Of a stretch of DNA of 64,000 nucleotides, positions 10,666 to 31,043 are shown in pieces. How positions within the stretch are numbered: the first letter of the stretch is position 1; each line of letters begins with the position of its first letter. The DNA is from Monocercomonoides exilis PA203. Its lineage: Eukaryota; Protista; Preaxostyla. The stretch covers positions 1,736,001 to 1,800,000 of the forward strand of contig LSRY02000001.1 in assembly GCA_001643675.2 (NCBI GenBank), written 5' to 3'. Below the pieces are notes generated by a model. The model had not been told where the DNA came from and did not search any database. It saw only the letters and a list, made by a program, of their open reading frames with translations. Position numbers and translations under genes: made by a program.

Positions 10666-11563
10666 AAAAGAAGAAGTTACAAGCTCTGAACCAACAAAGT
10701 GAAATGGTCGTTTTGATTGCCGAAAGCCCAAGCTGTGGTCTGTTAATAAATGGAGCATGCTACGTTGGTGTTGTTGGAACCAGTATTACACACACCTGTC
10801 AGCAACAAACTTTGCCTGCTTTGAACACCAAACGGAGAAAGAGATTGGATTGCTTAAAATGATTTGGGGATATGCGTGTTGTGTGGGGAAACGTTTTTAT
10901 TTGGCCTGATGAAATGGATTGTGGTGTTGCTCCTTTGATCCATACAATTGCAGAATGGCCACAAATTTTATTGATTCTCTTTTATTATTATTTTCAGAAG
11001 AAGAAGAAGAAGAAATAGCTCGGACAGATAAGTTTTTAACTGCTGTGTGCAGTTTCAAACGTATCAATAGCCATCATTTCATATGCTTCGAGATGTTTTT
11101 TCAATTTTAAAAAAAAATTCAAAAAGCATATTTCTTATTGATATTTTAAAATGCCTCATTTTCTCAAAATCGTTTAAAAAAATATGTCGATTGCCAATAA
11201 ATGTGTGATTATTTATTTGCAATTTTGGCCTTGAAATGGAACTTTTGAATTTGAAAATAAGTGAAACAAAAATCAAGATATTATTCTCCAAGTTTATTTT
11301 AATACAGTGAACGACAAAATCATTGAAGCTTTCAAATCGTTTAATGCAAGGTGAAAACAAGAAATGGTGAAATAAGCAGAAAACTTTATTTAAAGAAAAA
11401 TGTTATGAAAAAAATGAAAAATCGAGAAAGTTACAAAAAGAAATTTCTTTCATAATTTAGAACTCATTTGAAAAACCGTTTTTAAAAAACATTCATTCAT
11501 TATTTGAACATGTCGAAAATAAAAATTGAAAAAATTTTGTGAAATGGGACAGATTTCTTTCAT

Positions 11564-11775
11564 TTGGCTGATCCTTTTTGAAATCAGACTTTCGTTCGAG
11601 TTTTGATCAAAATTTTATTCTCAATGGGATTTTGAAAAAATGAACTAAAACAGTTCACACATACAGTACATGATGAAAATTTTCAAAAAAAATATAACTT
11701 TTCACTAAATTCCATTGAGATTAAAATTTTGATCAAAACTCGAACGAAAGAATGATTTCAAAAAGGATCAGCCAA
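11564..11775. mobile_element. MITE-like inverted-repeat element (~210 bp)
   Basis: Arm 11564-11632 (ttggctgatcctttttgaaatcagactttcgttcgagttttgatcaaaattttattctcaatgggattt) is the reverse complement of 11707-11775 with about 4 mismatches in 69 bp; ~74-bp AT-rich spacer; no ORF. Confidence 0.6.
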
Positions 11776-12237
11776 TTTATGACTTCAACAAAAAACTTTA
11801 AAGTGTTATTTCATTTGAAAAAATAAGAAGAATTCAAGACTTATCAATGCAACAAAAGTTCTTGGTCAGATATAATTGTTAAATTATGAACTTCGTGTCC
11901 TCTTTTTCTGGAGATATTTTCGAACATTCACATGTTCTTGTGAAAACAAAATCACAATAAAAAATATATTTCAATGCTTATTTGAAAATAAATTATAATT
12001 TTCAAATGACAATTGTGTGTTATCCTTCAATGATTATTTTTTCCTTTTTTTGATTTCTTCAAATAATCTTTCACAGAAAACATATATTAATAATGGGCAT
12101 TTTTAATTACTTTTCTTTATTTCATCAAAAATTTATTTTTTTCTGTTAAATAGGTTTGTGCATTTTTATTTTAATGTTTTCTATTATATGCATAAAATAA
12201 ATTGATAATTTGGAAGCTTTTTGCGTTTTTTCGTTGA

Positions 12238-14785
12238 ATGACCTCAAGAATAAAACAATGCTTATCCTACATTTTGCATTATAGAACTCAACTGATTTTA
12301 TTTTTTGTTGTGTTATGTACTTCAACTCCTTATAATTTATTAACCCCGATGATGCCAAATTATCTTAGAGGTTCACTTGAATTTATTTCAACTAATTATA
12401 AAAATACATTATCATTTTAATAATTTGAATTTTTCAGAACTTGGAGGAAACACTGTTGATTATGGTCTAATTCTTGCTGCATATTCTCTTGCACAATTTT
12501 TTGGTTCGCTTGCGGTTGGAATTATCAGTGATTTTGTTGGAAGAAAGAAAACTCTTGTTGTTAGTTGTTTTGGAGTTGCTTTGTTTAATTCACTTTTATG
12601 CGTCGCCCCAAATATTACATCAATCATTGTATTTAGAGCTGCTACTGGACTTTTTGGAAGCGTTTCAACTGTTAGCATGGCAATGACATCAGATGTTATT
12701 CCTCCAGGGCCAGTCCGCACAACTTGGTTCGGTTGGTTCGGCTCGGCTGTATCACTTGGAGCTGTCATTGGACCTGCACTTGGTGGCTTGCTGGGCTCTT
12801 CATCAATTGCAGTTCCTTGTTTAACAGCTGGAGCTTTTAACTTTGTTGGAGGAGTACTTCTAATCATTTTTGTGCAGGAATCTCTCCCTCCAGAAAAAAG
12901 AAAGAAATTGCCATGCGCAAAGCGAACAGACGGAGATATTTCACACAAAAATACCAAAACAAAAACTCTCTCAGAATATAGAAAAACAAAACAGCAATCC
13001 ATATCACTCGAAGAGGAGTCAGCCAATGAATCTACAGCAGGAAATGAAACAACGGCACAAGATGCAAAGAAGCCTTCAGTTTCCAAGCAGCCTTCGGGTG
13101 AAAGGAATGATGCTTCCGGTGAGTCCATATGGAAGACCATACGCAACCCTTCTTTCCTTCTGACGTGTGTGAACTACTTTTTCGGGCAGTACACTGGAAC
13201 CACACTAACAGCACTTATTGGACCCTTGTGTTTGGACAGATATTTCTTCACGACGCAGATGGTTGGGTTCATCACAATGGTTAATGGGATCGGCATGCTT
13301 CTGACACAGCTGCTGGTATTTCCGATTGTTATTCCGAAAATCGGGGAGAGAATCCCGCTGATCGTAAGCACCATCTTCACGTCTGTTATCCTCGTTTTGA
13401 TGGGCGTCGTGCCCAACAACATAGCAGTTTGGTTTTTCTCCGCCTTGTTTGGAGTCGGCCAGGCGTTCAGTGTGCCTACGTCGACGTCGATTTTCTCGTA
13501 CTTTGGATCTCCGCAGACAAAAGGCACTGTGCTCGGGATTGGGCAGTGCATTGCAACTGCATCGCGAGCCGTGGCGCCGCTGATCTCCACAGCCATTTAC
13601 GAGTCGAACGACTCGGTGCCATTCTACATCTCAGCGTCGGCGTCGGCTCTTGCGTCGCTTCTGATGATCTGTGTGAAGTATTCGGTTGCTGGCAGCAAGG
13701 GAGAGGAGGATAAAACCGCCATTGAAGAAATGACAGCCAAGAAAGTGGCAGAGAAGAAAGCGCAACTGCGAAGGAGGATGGCAGCTATCCAGAAGAGCGA
13801 TGAAGAGATGCATCTTTCGTATCCTTCTGATGGTTGCAGAGTCATTCCGCGTGTATCGTCTGCTCCGCCGTTTGTGTACACGTGTGTGGATGAGATTGTT
13901 GCACTACATGCGCCTCACTTGGTTCGCACGTTTGGTGAGGACGAGGCGCAGAGGCAGAGAGCAACAGTGACTGAAGCACATGTGAACATGAAGGAAATGG
14001 GAGTTGGATGTGGAGTGGGTGATAAGATTGAGGTTGAGGTTGAGGTTGAGGTTGGGCTTGGGGCAGGAAGAGTGGCAGTGGAGATGAAAGAGGAGTCGAT
14101 GGAAAAGAAAGAAGGATTTTCTTCTTTGCAGGGAGCAAATTGTTATGATGATGATGATGATTATGACAATAGCATTGAAGGCGTCGATTCTGATTGTTAT
14201 AAAGAGCGTTCCAACTCTCCGATTGGATTGGATACAAATCAGGAAATTCCAATAGACACGCCCTTGTTTGACAAAGATTTTGAGAAATTGTCTGGCCATG
14301 AGGATGAGACAGTCACTCCGCCTGCACAGTTTCCAGAGGAAGTTATTGAACAAACGCAAAATAAGACTCAAATACAAACAAAAAATTTAAAGTTTAACAC
14401 GCCTTTTAATCAGACAGCAGCGTTCTTCAGACCTTCATCCAGATTGCCTTATCAGTCGCTGCTGTGCTTCCACCCTGTCAAAACCAAGTTAAATACCAAC
14501 AAGAATACATCTGCTTCATCTGTGAGTGAGCCATCTCTTTCTCCTTCTCATTCTTCTTCCCCTTCTTCTTCTCATTCTTCTTCCCCTTCTTCTCTTTCAG
14601 AAGAGTCAGAATGCCCTCCTTTTTACGATGTTCCACTGAAGACAGAGATGAAAACTGTGCTTTCTTCTCCAATTTTGGGCTGCTTCCTGTTAGCACACAA
14701 TCCATTGAGTTATATGTCGGAGCCTGATAATAACAATAGCAATAGCAGTAGCAAAGGAAATGAAATTGAAATTGAAATTGATAGC

Positions 14786-14827
<42 letters not shown>

Positions 14828-15352
14828 TCTGATTCATTCATTGAAAATGGAGTAATAAAGAACGAAAGATCATCAAATGACACTGCTTCAAGTGAATTGT
14901 GCTCAGATTCATCTTCTTCTTCCTCTACCTCTTCATCCTCTTCCTCTTCTTCTTCTTTTCCCATTGACTTTGATGACGAGCAATACCCCTCACAAGAGCA
15001 GTCATGTTCAGTCCCGTTGAATAACTCACATGAAGAAGCAATAAAATTATCTTCTTCTTCTTCCACCACCACCACCTCTTCTTCTTCTTCAATTAACAGC
15101 AACAAAGAAGATGAAAACGAAGACAGTCTTTTCCTTCTGCAGCTGCTGGACACACACCAGGCATGGCGCCTTCAGGAGCAGATTTACATGGGCAGACGGT
15201 CGAGAATAATGAGAAGAGTGTTTTCATTCAAGAGAATCATGCAGAGGAACTACGAATTGTCTGTAGGCCATTCATTGCTAAATGAACAGAAACAAACAAA
15301 TGTGAGTGAGAAAGTTGATGGGATGGATGTGCCGGAATCGGAATTTATATAA
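12238..15352 (+). CDS. MFS transporter, TetA/DHA1-like, with ~550-aa low-complexity C-terminal tail; 2 exons (12238-12370, 12438-15352)
   Basis: A GT..AG intron at 12371-12437 joins MTSRIKQ...PNYLR to ELGGNTVDYG in frame. Motif A-like GIISDFVGRKK and motif C-like GAVIGPALGG; about 12 hydrophobic segments; tail rich in S/E/D/N. Confidence 0.9.
14786..14827 (+). repeat. (AAT)n coding microsatellite (poly-Asn) in the MFS tail
   Basis: Direct reading of the sequence. Confidence 0.9.
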
Positions 15353-15853
15353 TAATCGGAATTGGAGCAAGAGTATAAGCAGGAGCAACAAGTAGCAGTC
15401 GCAATTTTTGAGGCTGAGGACGTTCCTGCTGTGAGTGCGCTGCAAAAAAAAACCAGAATTATTAAATGCAACACCTTGCTTAAACGATGAAACGCAAAAT
15501 TCAGTTTAACATGACTGATAATTTGAGACTATATTTATTTAAATTAGCTTTTTATTTTTGAATTTTTATTTCGTTGTTTTAGGAATATGTTTGTATATGT
15601 TTTTTAATTGTTTCAGATTAAGTTTTCAGATTTGTTTATAACCATATTATTTTCATTTACAAAATTTTTATTCTTTGTTTTTTATTTTCGTCATATTTTT
15701 TCATTTTTTATAATTAAAATATGAATTGTTTGATTTTTTGAGATTTTTTCTCTCTTAATAATCGGGCTTAGCTACATATAACTGTAGAAAATTGATCATG
15801 ACTTGACATGCAGTTCGCTTTCATGAAATAAAGCTTCTAACTTAATTTTTCGC

Positions 15854-18757
15854 ATGATTTTGCTTTTTGCATTTTGTGCATATTTATCATTCGAAACATA
15901 TTCGTTGTCTCAAGATTCTTTTGAATGGATTGCGTGCGAACTTGTGAAAGCAGCAGATCATCTCTATATATCCATTCCATCCACTATATCTTCGGAGCCT
16001 AAATGCCATGATCAATCCAAATTGCAAAATTCTCTTGCATTTGCTTTTCCAAGGCAATTAACACATGGACACAACTTTGTTTCAGCGGATCCATCATTCG
16101 GTTATAGAACTTCGGAACAAGGAGAAAATGAAGAAGAATCCACTCAAACATGCTTAGCAAACTGCATTGCAGCGTTTGATATTGCAACAGCTGGATGCAA
16201 TAATGATTATTATGATTGTGTCTCTCTTTGCCGCTGCAGCGAAGGAGCTGAAAAATGTTTAGATCTTTGCAAAGAAACGAGGAGCCAGTGCCAAACAGCT
16301 GCAACATCTGATCTTAGTACTTGCCAAGGTGACTGCTCTATAACGCAACCGCAATGCAGTTGTACAGATCTTTGCATTTTGGATCTTGAAAAATGTATAA
16401 ACTTGGTGGATATTTCGTATGAAAAATGCCAACTTTCATGTGGATCTGAGGACAAAGATTGCTTGACGTGGTGCAGAGTTGTTCGTGACAGCGACTTGAA
16501 TTTATGTGAAACAGCATTTGATGAATGCTTTTTGTCGTGTTGCACGCCAGATGTTGGGCTGTGCAGAGATGAGTGTATTATGGAGGAAGAAAACTGCCTT
16601 GATGTGTGCCAGATCGACTATATCAACTGCATCCACGGAGCACCAATCACAAAGGCAATAGCACCTGTACCACCTCAGCTGCAGCTTCAGACTCAACAGC
16701 GCCCGATGCAGAACGCTGTTCCAGCTGGAATGCCTTCAGGAAGATTTTTGATGGGTAAGCAAAACTACCCTCTTCAAGGTGTGAATGATGTTATTTTTTA
16801 TTCGTTTTTTCAAACAAAAAAATTTGGCCGTAATCTGATATTCATTCGTAACACAACATAAACATTGTGCTGTTTCTGTTTCTTATTCCTTATTCTTTTA
16901 TCAATATCGAACCTTTTATTTTTTATAGCTCTGCCATATCAAAAGTTCGGACAAGGCAAATTCACAACAAACACACCAATTCCGCCTCAATTTTCTTCAG
17001 GTCCTCCACCAAGCGGCTACTTTAAATCGCCCACATTCACACAGACACTGAAGCGTGGATCGCTTATGAACGCACCATCTCCTGATCCTCAATACAAAAA
17101 TGCTGGTAATGTCCATCCATCGATGATGCGTCAGCAGACACCTTACAATTCATACAGCAACAATTACGCTGGATCTTCCGTTGCATCATCATCACAATCA
17201 TCTTCGTATTCTTCATCCTTCACACGTCCCGTCAGCATCCCTTCGCCTTCTCCTTCTGGTGCAGCAGCCAATCCAGACCGCAACCAATGCCTTGTGCTCC
17301 TTAGGCTCTGCAACGACCGCTGCTTTGCCAACAGTGAGCACTGCAAAGCAGAGTGCGAGGCGCTTACTGCTGCTTCGTGCACAGATGAGTGTGAGAAGAA
17401 GCTGAGGCACTGCAACAACCAGTGCGAAGGCGAGTATTCGCATTGCTCTGCGGTGTGCTACCAGAACGCGGAATTGCTTGCAGCACAGCTGAAGATGGAA
17501 GACGAGCAGAAGATGATTGAAGAGCAGAGGAGAAGAGAGGAAGAGCAAGTGCAGATGCAGAAGCAGCGCGAGATGGATGAGAGGAGGCAGGCTCAGATGG
17601 CAATGCAAAGAGGGATGTACAGGTCGTTCATTCCCAACAGATCTGGCCAGTTCGCACCGACACAACCACCAATCAATTCTCTTTCTGCTTCCCGTTTCCC
17701 TGTTTCGGCTTATAGCTCGTCTCAGACTGCTTTTGGAAGTACAGCTCAATCACAAAATACTCAACCCACTCCATTTGCGCAGAAGACTCCGCGGGAGCTT
17801 CTTGTTGAGTGCGAACAGGAGTGCCGGAAACAAAGGAGGCAATGTTTGTTTGACTGCGATGCCTCGTTCACCAGCTGTGCCGCTGCATGTCCGACGGAGC
17901 TGCTGTCTGTATCGTTTGCGCTTTCTGAGTCGAATTGTGTGAAAGGCTGTGAGAACTCGTTTGATGTGTGCATTGCTGGCTGTGGGTGCGCAGTGGAGTG
18001 TGAAATTGGGTGCTACCAGGAAAGGAGGCGGTGCCGCGATGAGTGTGTAGCACAGCAGAAGGCGCAGGAGATTGATGCAAGTACATCGGGCACTGCTAGC
18101 GATGGAGAAGCGTCGACAGTGTGCTGTGACAGCTGCAACGAGCAGCGCTCGCTGTGTCTGATGGACTGCGATGGGAAGAACAAGCAGTGTGTGGCTGAAT
18201 GTAATGGAGATGTTGGCTGCATCCTTCGCTGCGACAATGAGGAGAGGACGTGCCGCGAGGCGTGCCAGAACAGCTGGAGAGAATGTGCATCGCATTGCCC
18301 TGGACGATGCGGAGGTGTTCATCCATCACCCCTACCTCCACAGCCATCACCTGATCCAGAACCAACTCCAGTTGAGCCAATAACACCCACACCCACACCA
18401 ACACCAACACCAGTACCTGAGCCTGAGCCTGTTGCTCCACAGCCACAGCCGGTTATTCCGGATGTGCCGCTATCGAGAATGAGGATGCCACAAAGAATGA
18501 ACATGGGGAGATACAATCAATATCCGATTAAAATGAGCCCAACGTCGTTTCAGCAGTCGCAAATGATGAAGACAATGCCTGCTTATAGACAGCAGCAGCA
18601 ACAGATGGGAGCACAAACACAACGGAACAACCAATATAACAACACTCCACAGCATATGGCGATAAATGGACAGTACTCTTCGAATCCTCAACAAATGCAT
18701 CAAAGTCCATACAACTTGCGATTTTCTTCAAAACCTGCTGTTAGAGGCATGAGATAA
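15854..18757 (+). CDS. Secreted cysteine-rich protein with C-x3-C-x6 helical repeats and Pro/Gln/Met-rich linkers (~910 aa, 2 exons)
   Basis: N-terminal hydrophobic MILLFAFCAYLSFETYS. ORFs 15854-16861 and 16865-18757 join in frame through a phase-1 intron (donor 16755 GTAAGC or 16779 GTGTGA; acceptor ends 16928). Repeats such as CEQECRKQRRQCLFDCDASFTSCAAAC; PTPTPTP/PEPEP stalk; no TM seen. Confidence 0.8.
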
Positions 18758-19819
18758 GTGAAAATTGTGCAAAATTGTTGGAATTAAAAATATTGTGATT
18801 TTCTCAATTGCTGAAAATGAAAAAATAATTATTCGTATCATTAAATTCTTTTGTAATCTCAAGATGTTGAATTCCATTTTTATAGATGATTTATAGAAAT
18901 ATTCAATTCGATAATTTTCGAGAAAAAATACATTAGTTTTTTTGAAAATAAAATTGCAACAAATACATAAGTTTAACAATTTTTCTACTCTTCTTTGAAC
19001 TTTTTGACAGAAAATGCAGTTTTGTGATGAAGCAAACATTAGCAATGACAGTTTCGGATTTTGCTGTCTGGAAAAATTGAAGATCATGAATAGAATTTTG
19101 TTTCTCTTTCATTTGAATCTATTCTTTGTTCTTCTTCTATGCTTTTTTCTCTTTAGCATTTTCAGTCATTTCTATCGTCGTTTAAACATGGTTGTTTGCG
19201 ATAATGAGGAAGTTGTGAAAGGAAGAGAAATCTCTTCTTTTCTTCTCTGTCTAGTGATTGTTCTTAAAGATAAATGTACACAAACATCCCCGAAAGTGTT
19301 TTGATGGATAATTGAAATATTTTTGGTTACAATTCTCAATCCTTTCTTGCATGATGCATTTCCATAACATTTGGCCAAAATGCTTCTTTTGTCATCTTGT
19401 TTGATGGTGAGAGAAGCTTGCTCACAGAATTTTTTCCCACCTAATTACATTAGCTCGCATTTTTTGCAGTTGATGAATAAGATATAAATTTGTCATCTGC
19501 ATTGCTTTTGTTGACTTTCAATTCTTATTTTTTCTTTTTTATTCCCTTTTTCAATTTCGTAGAAGTTTGCCTTAAATGCGCTTTTAAAAGAAATTTCCGT
19601 AAATAATTTATGAATTGACACCAAAAATACAACTTCTGACTTTAAATACTTATTTGAGTTGAAGATAGAAACATAAGAAGAAAAATAAACGAAATAAGAA
19701 AAAAGATTTCATAAAAAGCGATCAACTTTCTTCAAAAAAAAAAAAAATAAAAATTAAATGCGAATATTATTAAAGGCTTCTTTCTCTAGAAGCCCATATC
19801 AATGAAAACAGAATTAGAA

Positions 19820-19854
<35 letters not shown>

Positions 19855-20135
19855 AGAAAACAGAAAATTTTCAATTTCAAAAGTTTTATTCAGAAATATT
19901 ACAGCAATTTCTTTGTATTAATTGCCAACAAAAATGAAGAGATAACTAAAAAAATTAGCGTTCTAACTTTTTCCAAAGTGCATAATTTATTCTTCCCAAA
20001 TTTATTTCGACTCAACTTTTGTGAGCATTTTATCCAACAGAATTAAATTATAAATGATGAAGAATTGCTCGCAATGATTTATTCAAAGTTTTCAGAATTT
20101 CCTCGAATTAACTTTTCACATCAGCAAATAAACAC

Positions 20136-27727
<7,592 letters not shown>

Positions 27728-27864
27728 TTGTAAAATTAATGTATCACGTGAGCAGCCTTATTACAACAAAAATTGTTGCAAATATCAAAAAATGACAAAT
27801 AAAAAATTATTAATTATTTTGAACTAAAATATAATGTATTGGATCAATTTACAACAATCAATTC
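27728..27864. promoter_or_regulatory. Bidirectional promoter between the NDR kinase and the cyclin; contains the palindrome TCACGTGA (27744-27751)
   Basis: Divergent start codons are 137 bp apart; the E-box-like 8-mer stands out in very AT-rich DNA. Confidence 0.5.
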
Positions 27865-28746
27865 ATGTTTGTGAAGGAAACGATTAATCCTTCGCATTTG
27901 AATTGTGAACATTTACAGCCTCTGAGTAATTCACTATTTACAGATCAATACATTTATAAACAGAATCAGTTTGAGACTGAAAAAAAGAGTGTTTACCACT
28001 CAGAAAAAACTGCTGAAGTTGAGTCTTTATTATCTTTTGAGGGTGCCAACTCCTCAGCAAAGGTGTATCCTCATCCTCTGCTTTATCCAAGTCTTGTGTT
28101 ACCTTTGGATCTTTCATCTCCAATTGCAGTATTTGTTTCGCACTCGGCTGCATTTACTGAATGTTTGCAAAAAGGTGAAACACATTTTCTGAAATTCGAA
28201 TATTCTTCATCTCCTTTTCATTCCATTCGATACATCGGATATGGATTTATGCAGCAAGTTGAACAAGCATCTCCATCATTCCCAGAATTTCTCCCGATAA
28301 ATCCTGAAATTGTTGAAGCTACCCAAAAAGTCACAAAAGCAATGACAATTATAATTAATGTGATGAATCAGCGTGCTCATATTTGTGAATGTGAAATTAT
28401 TCAAGCAATATGCTTGCTTGAAAGAGCAACAAGTAAAAAAATTTCATGTCAACCAATAGTGCTCACTCTGGGAAATGTAACTATGGCTTTTCTAGTTGCA
28501 GTTATGATTTCACATAAATTTAGCAGCGATTCTCCTGTTAGAAACAAGTGGTGGGCAGATCTTTTTTCTGTTGATGTGAAGGATTTGTATCGATCTGAAC
28601 TCATTTTTTTGAAAACGATTGATTACAATCTGTACATAACTCCTGAAGAATACAACACAGCTGCTTCATCGTTGAATAGTTTGTTTACATGGCCCCATTG
28701 GAGAGACTTGGATGATCCACAACTTCGTAAGGTGCTTGCAAGTTAA
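27865..28746 (+). CDS. Cyclin, Pho80/PCL (cyclin P/U) type
   Basis: Intronless 293-aa ORF; cyclin box IIQAICLLER..LTLGNVTMAFLVAVMISHKFSSDSPVRNKWWADLFSV.VKDLYRSELIFLKTIDYNLYI. Confidence 0.88.
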   Translation: MFVKETINPSHLNCEHLQPLSNSLFTDQYIYKQNQFETEKKSVYHSEKTAEVESLLSFEGANSSAKVYPHPLLYPSLVLPLDLSSPIAVFVSHSAAFTECLQKGETHFLKFEYSSSPFHSIRYIGYGFMQQVEQASPSFPEFLPINPEIVEATQKVTKAMTIIINVMNQRAHICECEIIQAICLLERATSKKISCQPIVLTLGNVTMAFLVAVMISHKFSSDSPVRNKWWADLFSVDVKDLYRSELIFLKTIDYNLYITPEEYNTAASSLNSLFTWPHWRDLDDPQLRKVLAS

Positions 28747-30410
28747 AGAAGGCTCAACAAAATATTATAATGAATGACAGAGCATTCGCAAAAAGCCGAC
28801 GTGTTTATGTTGGCTGACGCATAACAACTCACATGTTTTCTTTCTATTTTTGGAGTGCTTTCAGATTCCTAAACACTTTATTACCGTTGATATTTCCCCC
28901 GTAAATCAAGAGATTATAATTCACAGACATCCACCAACCGCTGTTAAGAAACATCCACTCACTTATCGCCATTTTGTTGTTACTCTCTTTTTCAGTTATT
29001 ACGAGATTGAATTTCTTGATTTTAAGGACACTGTGAATTGGATGACCTGTTTTTGAATGTATCGATTTTATTATTGTTTAATTTCATTGTTTACAATTGA
29101 GAATGAACGGTTTATTTTTTTAAAGGTATCTGTAAGTGTTGTTTAGGAGCACTCTTCTATGAAATTTATTTTTATTTTTTTATTTGATGCTAGCGAGCTT
29201 ATGCCTCTATATAAGATATCTCTTTTATAAATCTTGGAGTGTTTATTTATTTGTTTATTTATGTTTATTATTATTATTATTATTTCACGTCTTTTACCGT
29301 TTGCTTACTATATGCAAATGATTCGTTTGTTGAATGCTGCCTCTGAGTTATATTTGACTGTGTGAATATGTTTTCCACTTTCCAAATTGCTTATGTGTGC
29401 GTGTGTCATGATTGCTATCATTGCTGGTGTTTCTTTTATTTATTATTGATTATTTTTTCTCTTTTATAAAAAAAATCCTTTTTTTATGTAAAAATTGCAT
29501 GGTTTGTGCCTATTGTTTGATGTATGTACATAACATACTTTTCCTCTTATTTTTTAACTCATGTTCGCTTTATAATGGCTATTTTTACAATTTTCTCTGA
29601 CATTTTTTAAAAAGCTCCAATTTGCATTTATTTATTTTTGAATTTGTTTCCTTATATATTTTTTGTTATGATTTGAAATAATTCTTCCTTTGCATTATAC
29701 TTTTCTGTGGACATTCGTTCATTGAAAATAATTATAAAAATATTTTTTTTATGTTTCATAACAACTCTGAGGAGTTGACTTTTGAATGACAGCGTTTTGT
29801 CATCATTTAGCCCACATATTTCCCGATTGATTTACTTTGTTAATCATTCCTTTTTAATTTTTCTTTTCAAGATGATTGATCAAATTCAATTTATTATTTT
29901 TTTATCACTTCTATGATTGTTATAAATTGGTGAATGTTTAATTGTATTTTTATTTGGCTTTATTGGATCTTATAAAAATTCATAAAAATGCTCTTTGAGC
30001 AATTACAGTAATTTAATCCAGTGATAAAAAGCTTGGACATTTTCTGTCTTTTTTTGATTATGAGAAATAAAGAAATTTTCTTTAAAAACTTTATTTAAAA
30101 AAAAAATGAAATCAGCTTGGCGATAACTACAACATTAAAAGCAAGGATCTTCTGGAATTAAAAACAAATAGAAAAATTGCATGAACAATAATAAAAGTCA
30201 AAAAGCAAAATTTTCTAAATATATAAATGAATAAAAGACAATTCCAAAATAAGAAAGGAAATCAAGAATATATTTCTTCTCCTCTTTCCTTTTAAAGATA
30301 TCACGGAGATGATGGTTATGTTATAAATTAGAAAATAGCAATTCTGTCAGATTTTATATCTATTTTGTAAGAAAATCACAAGGTTAGAAAATTTAGGTCA
30401 ATATAAGCAT

Positions 30411-31043
30411 CTATGGAAGTGTTGTTCCAAATGAAGCAAAAAACGGGCTTTGCATTGGGCCAGCCTTTATTTCAGCTTCTCTTTCAGCTTGCCGAATCTC
30501 CCTTTTTTGCTGTGTTATCTGAAAAAGTCAACAATAATCTTCAAAGAATTTTGCAACAAGAAAAGCAGGTGTACCATTCGATTTTGCATCTGCGTTTCTA
30601 ATAAATCTTGTTTTCTAATAATTTCTCTTTGGGCTTCTTCAGAAGCTTTCATTCTTTGATACTCACCATCACGGAGTTCCTAAATTTTTTAATATTTTTT
30701 TCTCAAAAAATGTAACAATTGTACAAACTTGTGATCTATTGTACGCTTCGTTTTGTTTTTTAAGCATTTCCTTTTCGTTTAGTTGATTTTGAAAGTCTTT
30801 AGAAATCAAAGATCTTCATGAAATAGCAAAACAGATCATTCAACTCAAAAAATTTAAAGAAAATTTTGTATACTTTATTGTTCTCTTTTCTTCTGGTGAA
30901 CCAAGATGAAGTTTTGTTCTTTCCTCTGTAAGCTTTGCCCTTCTTAACTTTACTTGTTCAATGCGCTTTGCATCCAAATCATCGATTGTAAGTGTTGATG
31001 TTTGGTTGGCTTTGTTTGGTTTTTTAATTTGTCGACGTAGCAT
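30411..31043 (-). CDS. Short RIB43A-like coiled-coil axonemal protein (155 aa, 4 exons)
   Basis: Exons 31043-30874, 30813-30729, 30679-30575 and 30518-30411 total 468 nt in frame. N-terminal DAKRIEQVKLRR...EER...RTI...QLNEK and C-terminal FFASFGTTLP resemble RIB43A signatures as I recall them. Confidence 0.65.

Noticed and set aside
12377-12437. ORF-track start (TTG) for the MFS gene
   Set aside because: It lies within an intron; the in-frame exon 1 begins at ATG 12238.
19000-19510. Possible small spliced gene between the Cys-rich and kinase genes
   Set aside because: Fragments could not be joined into a credible protein.
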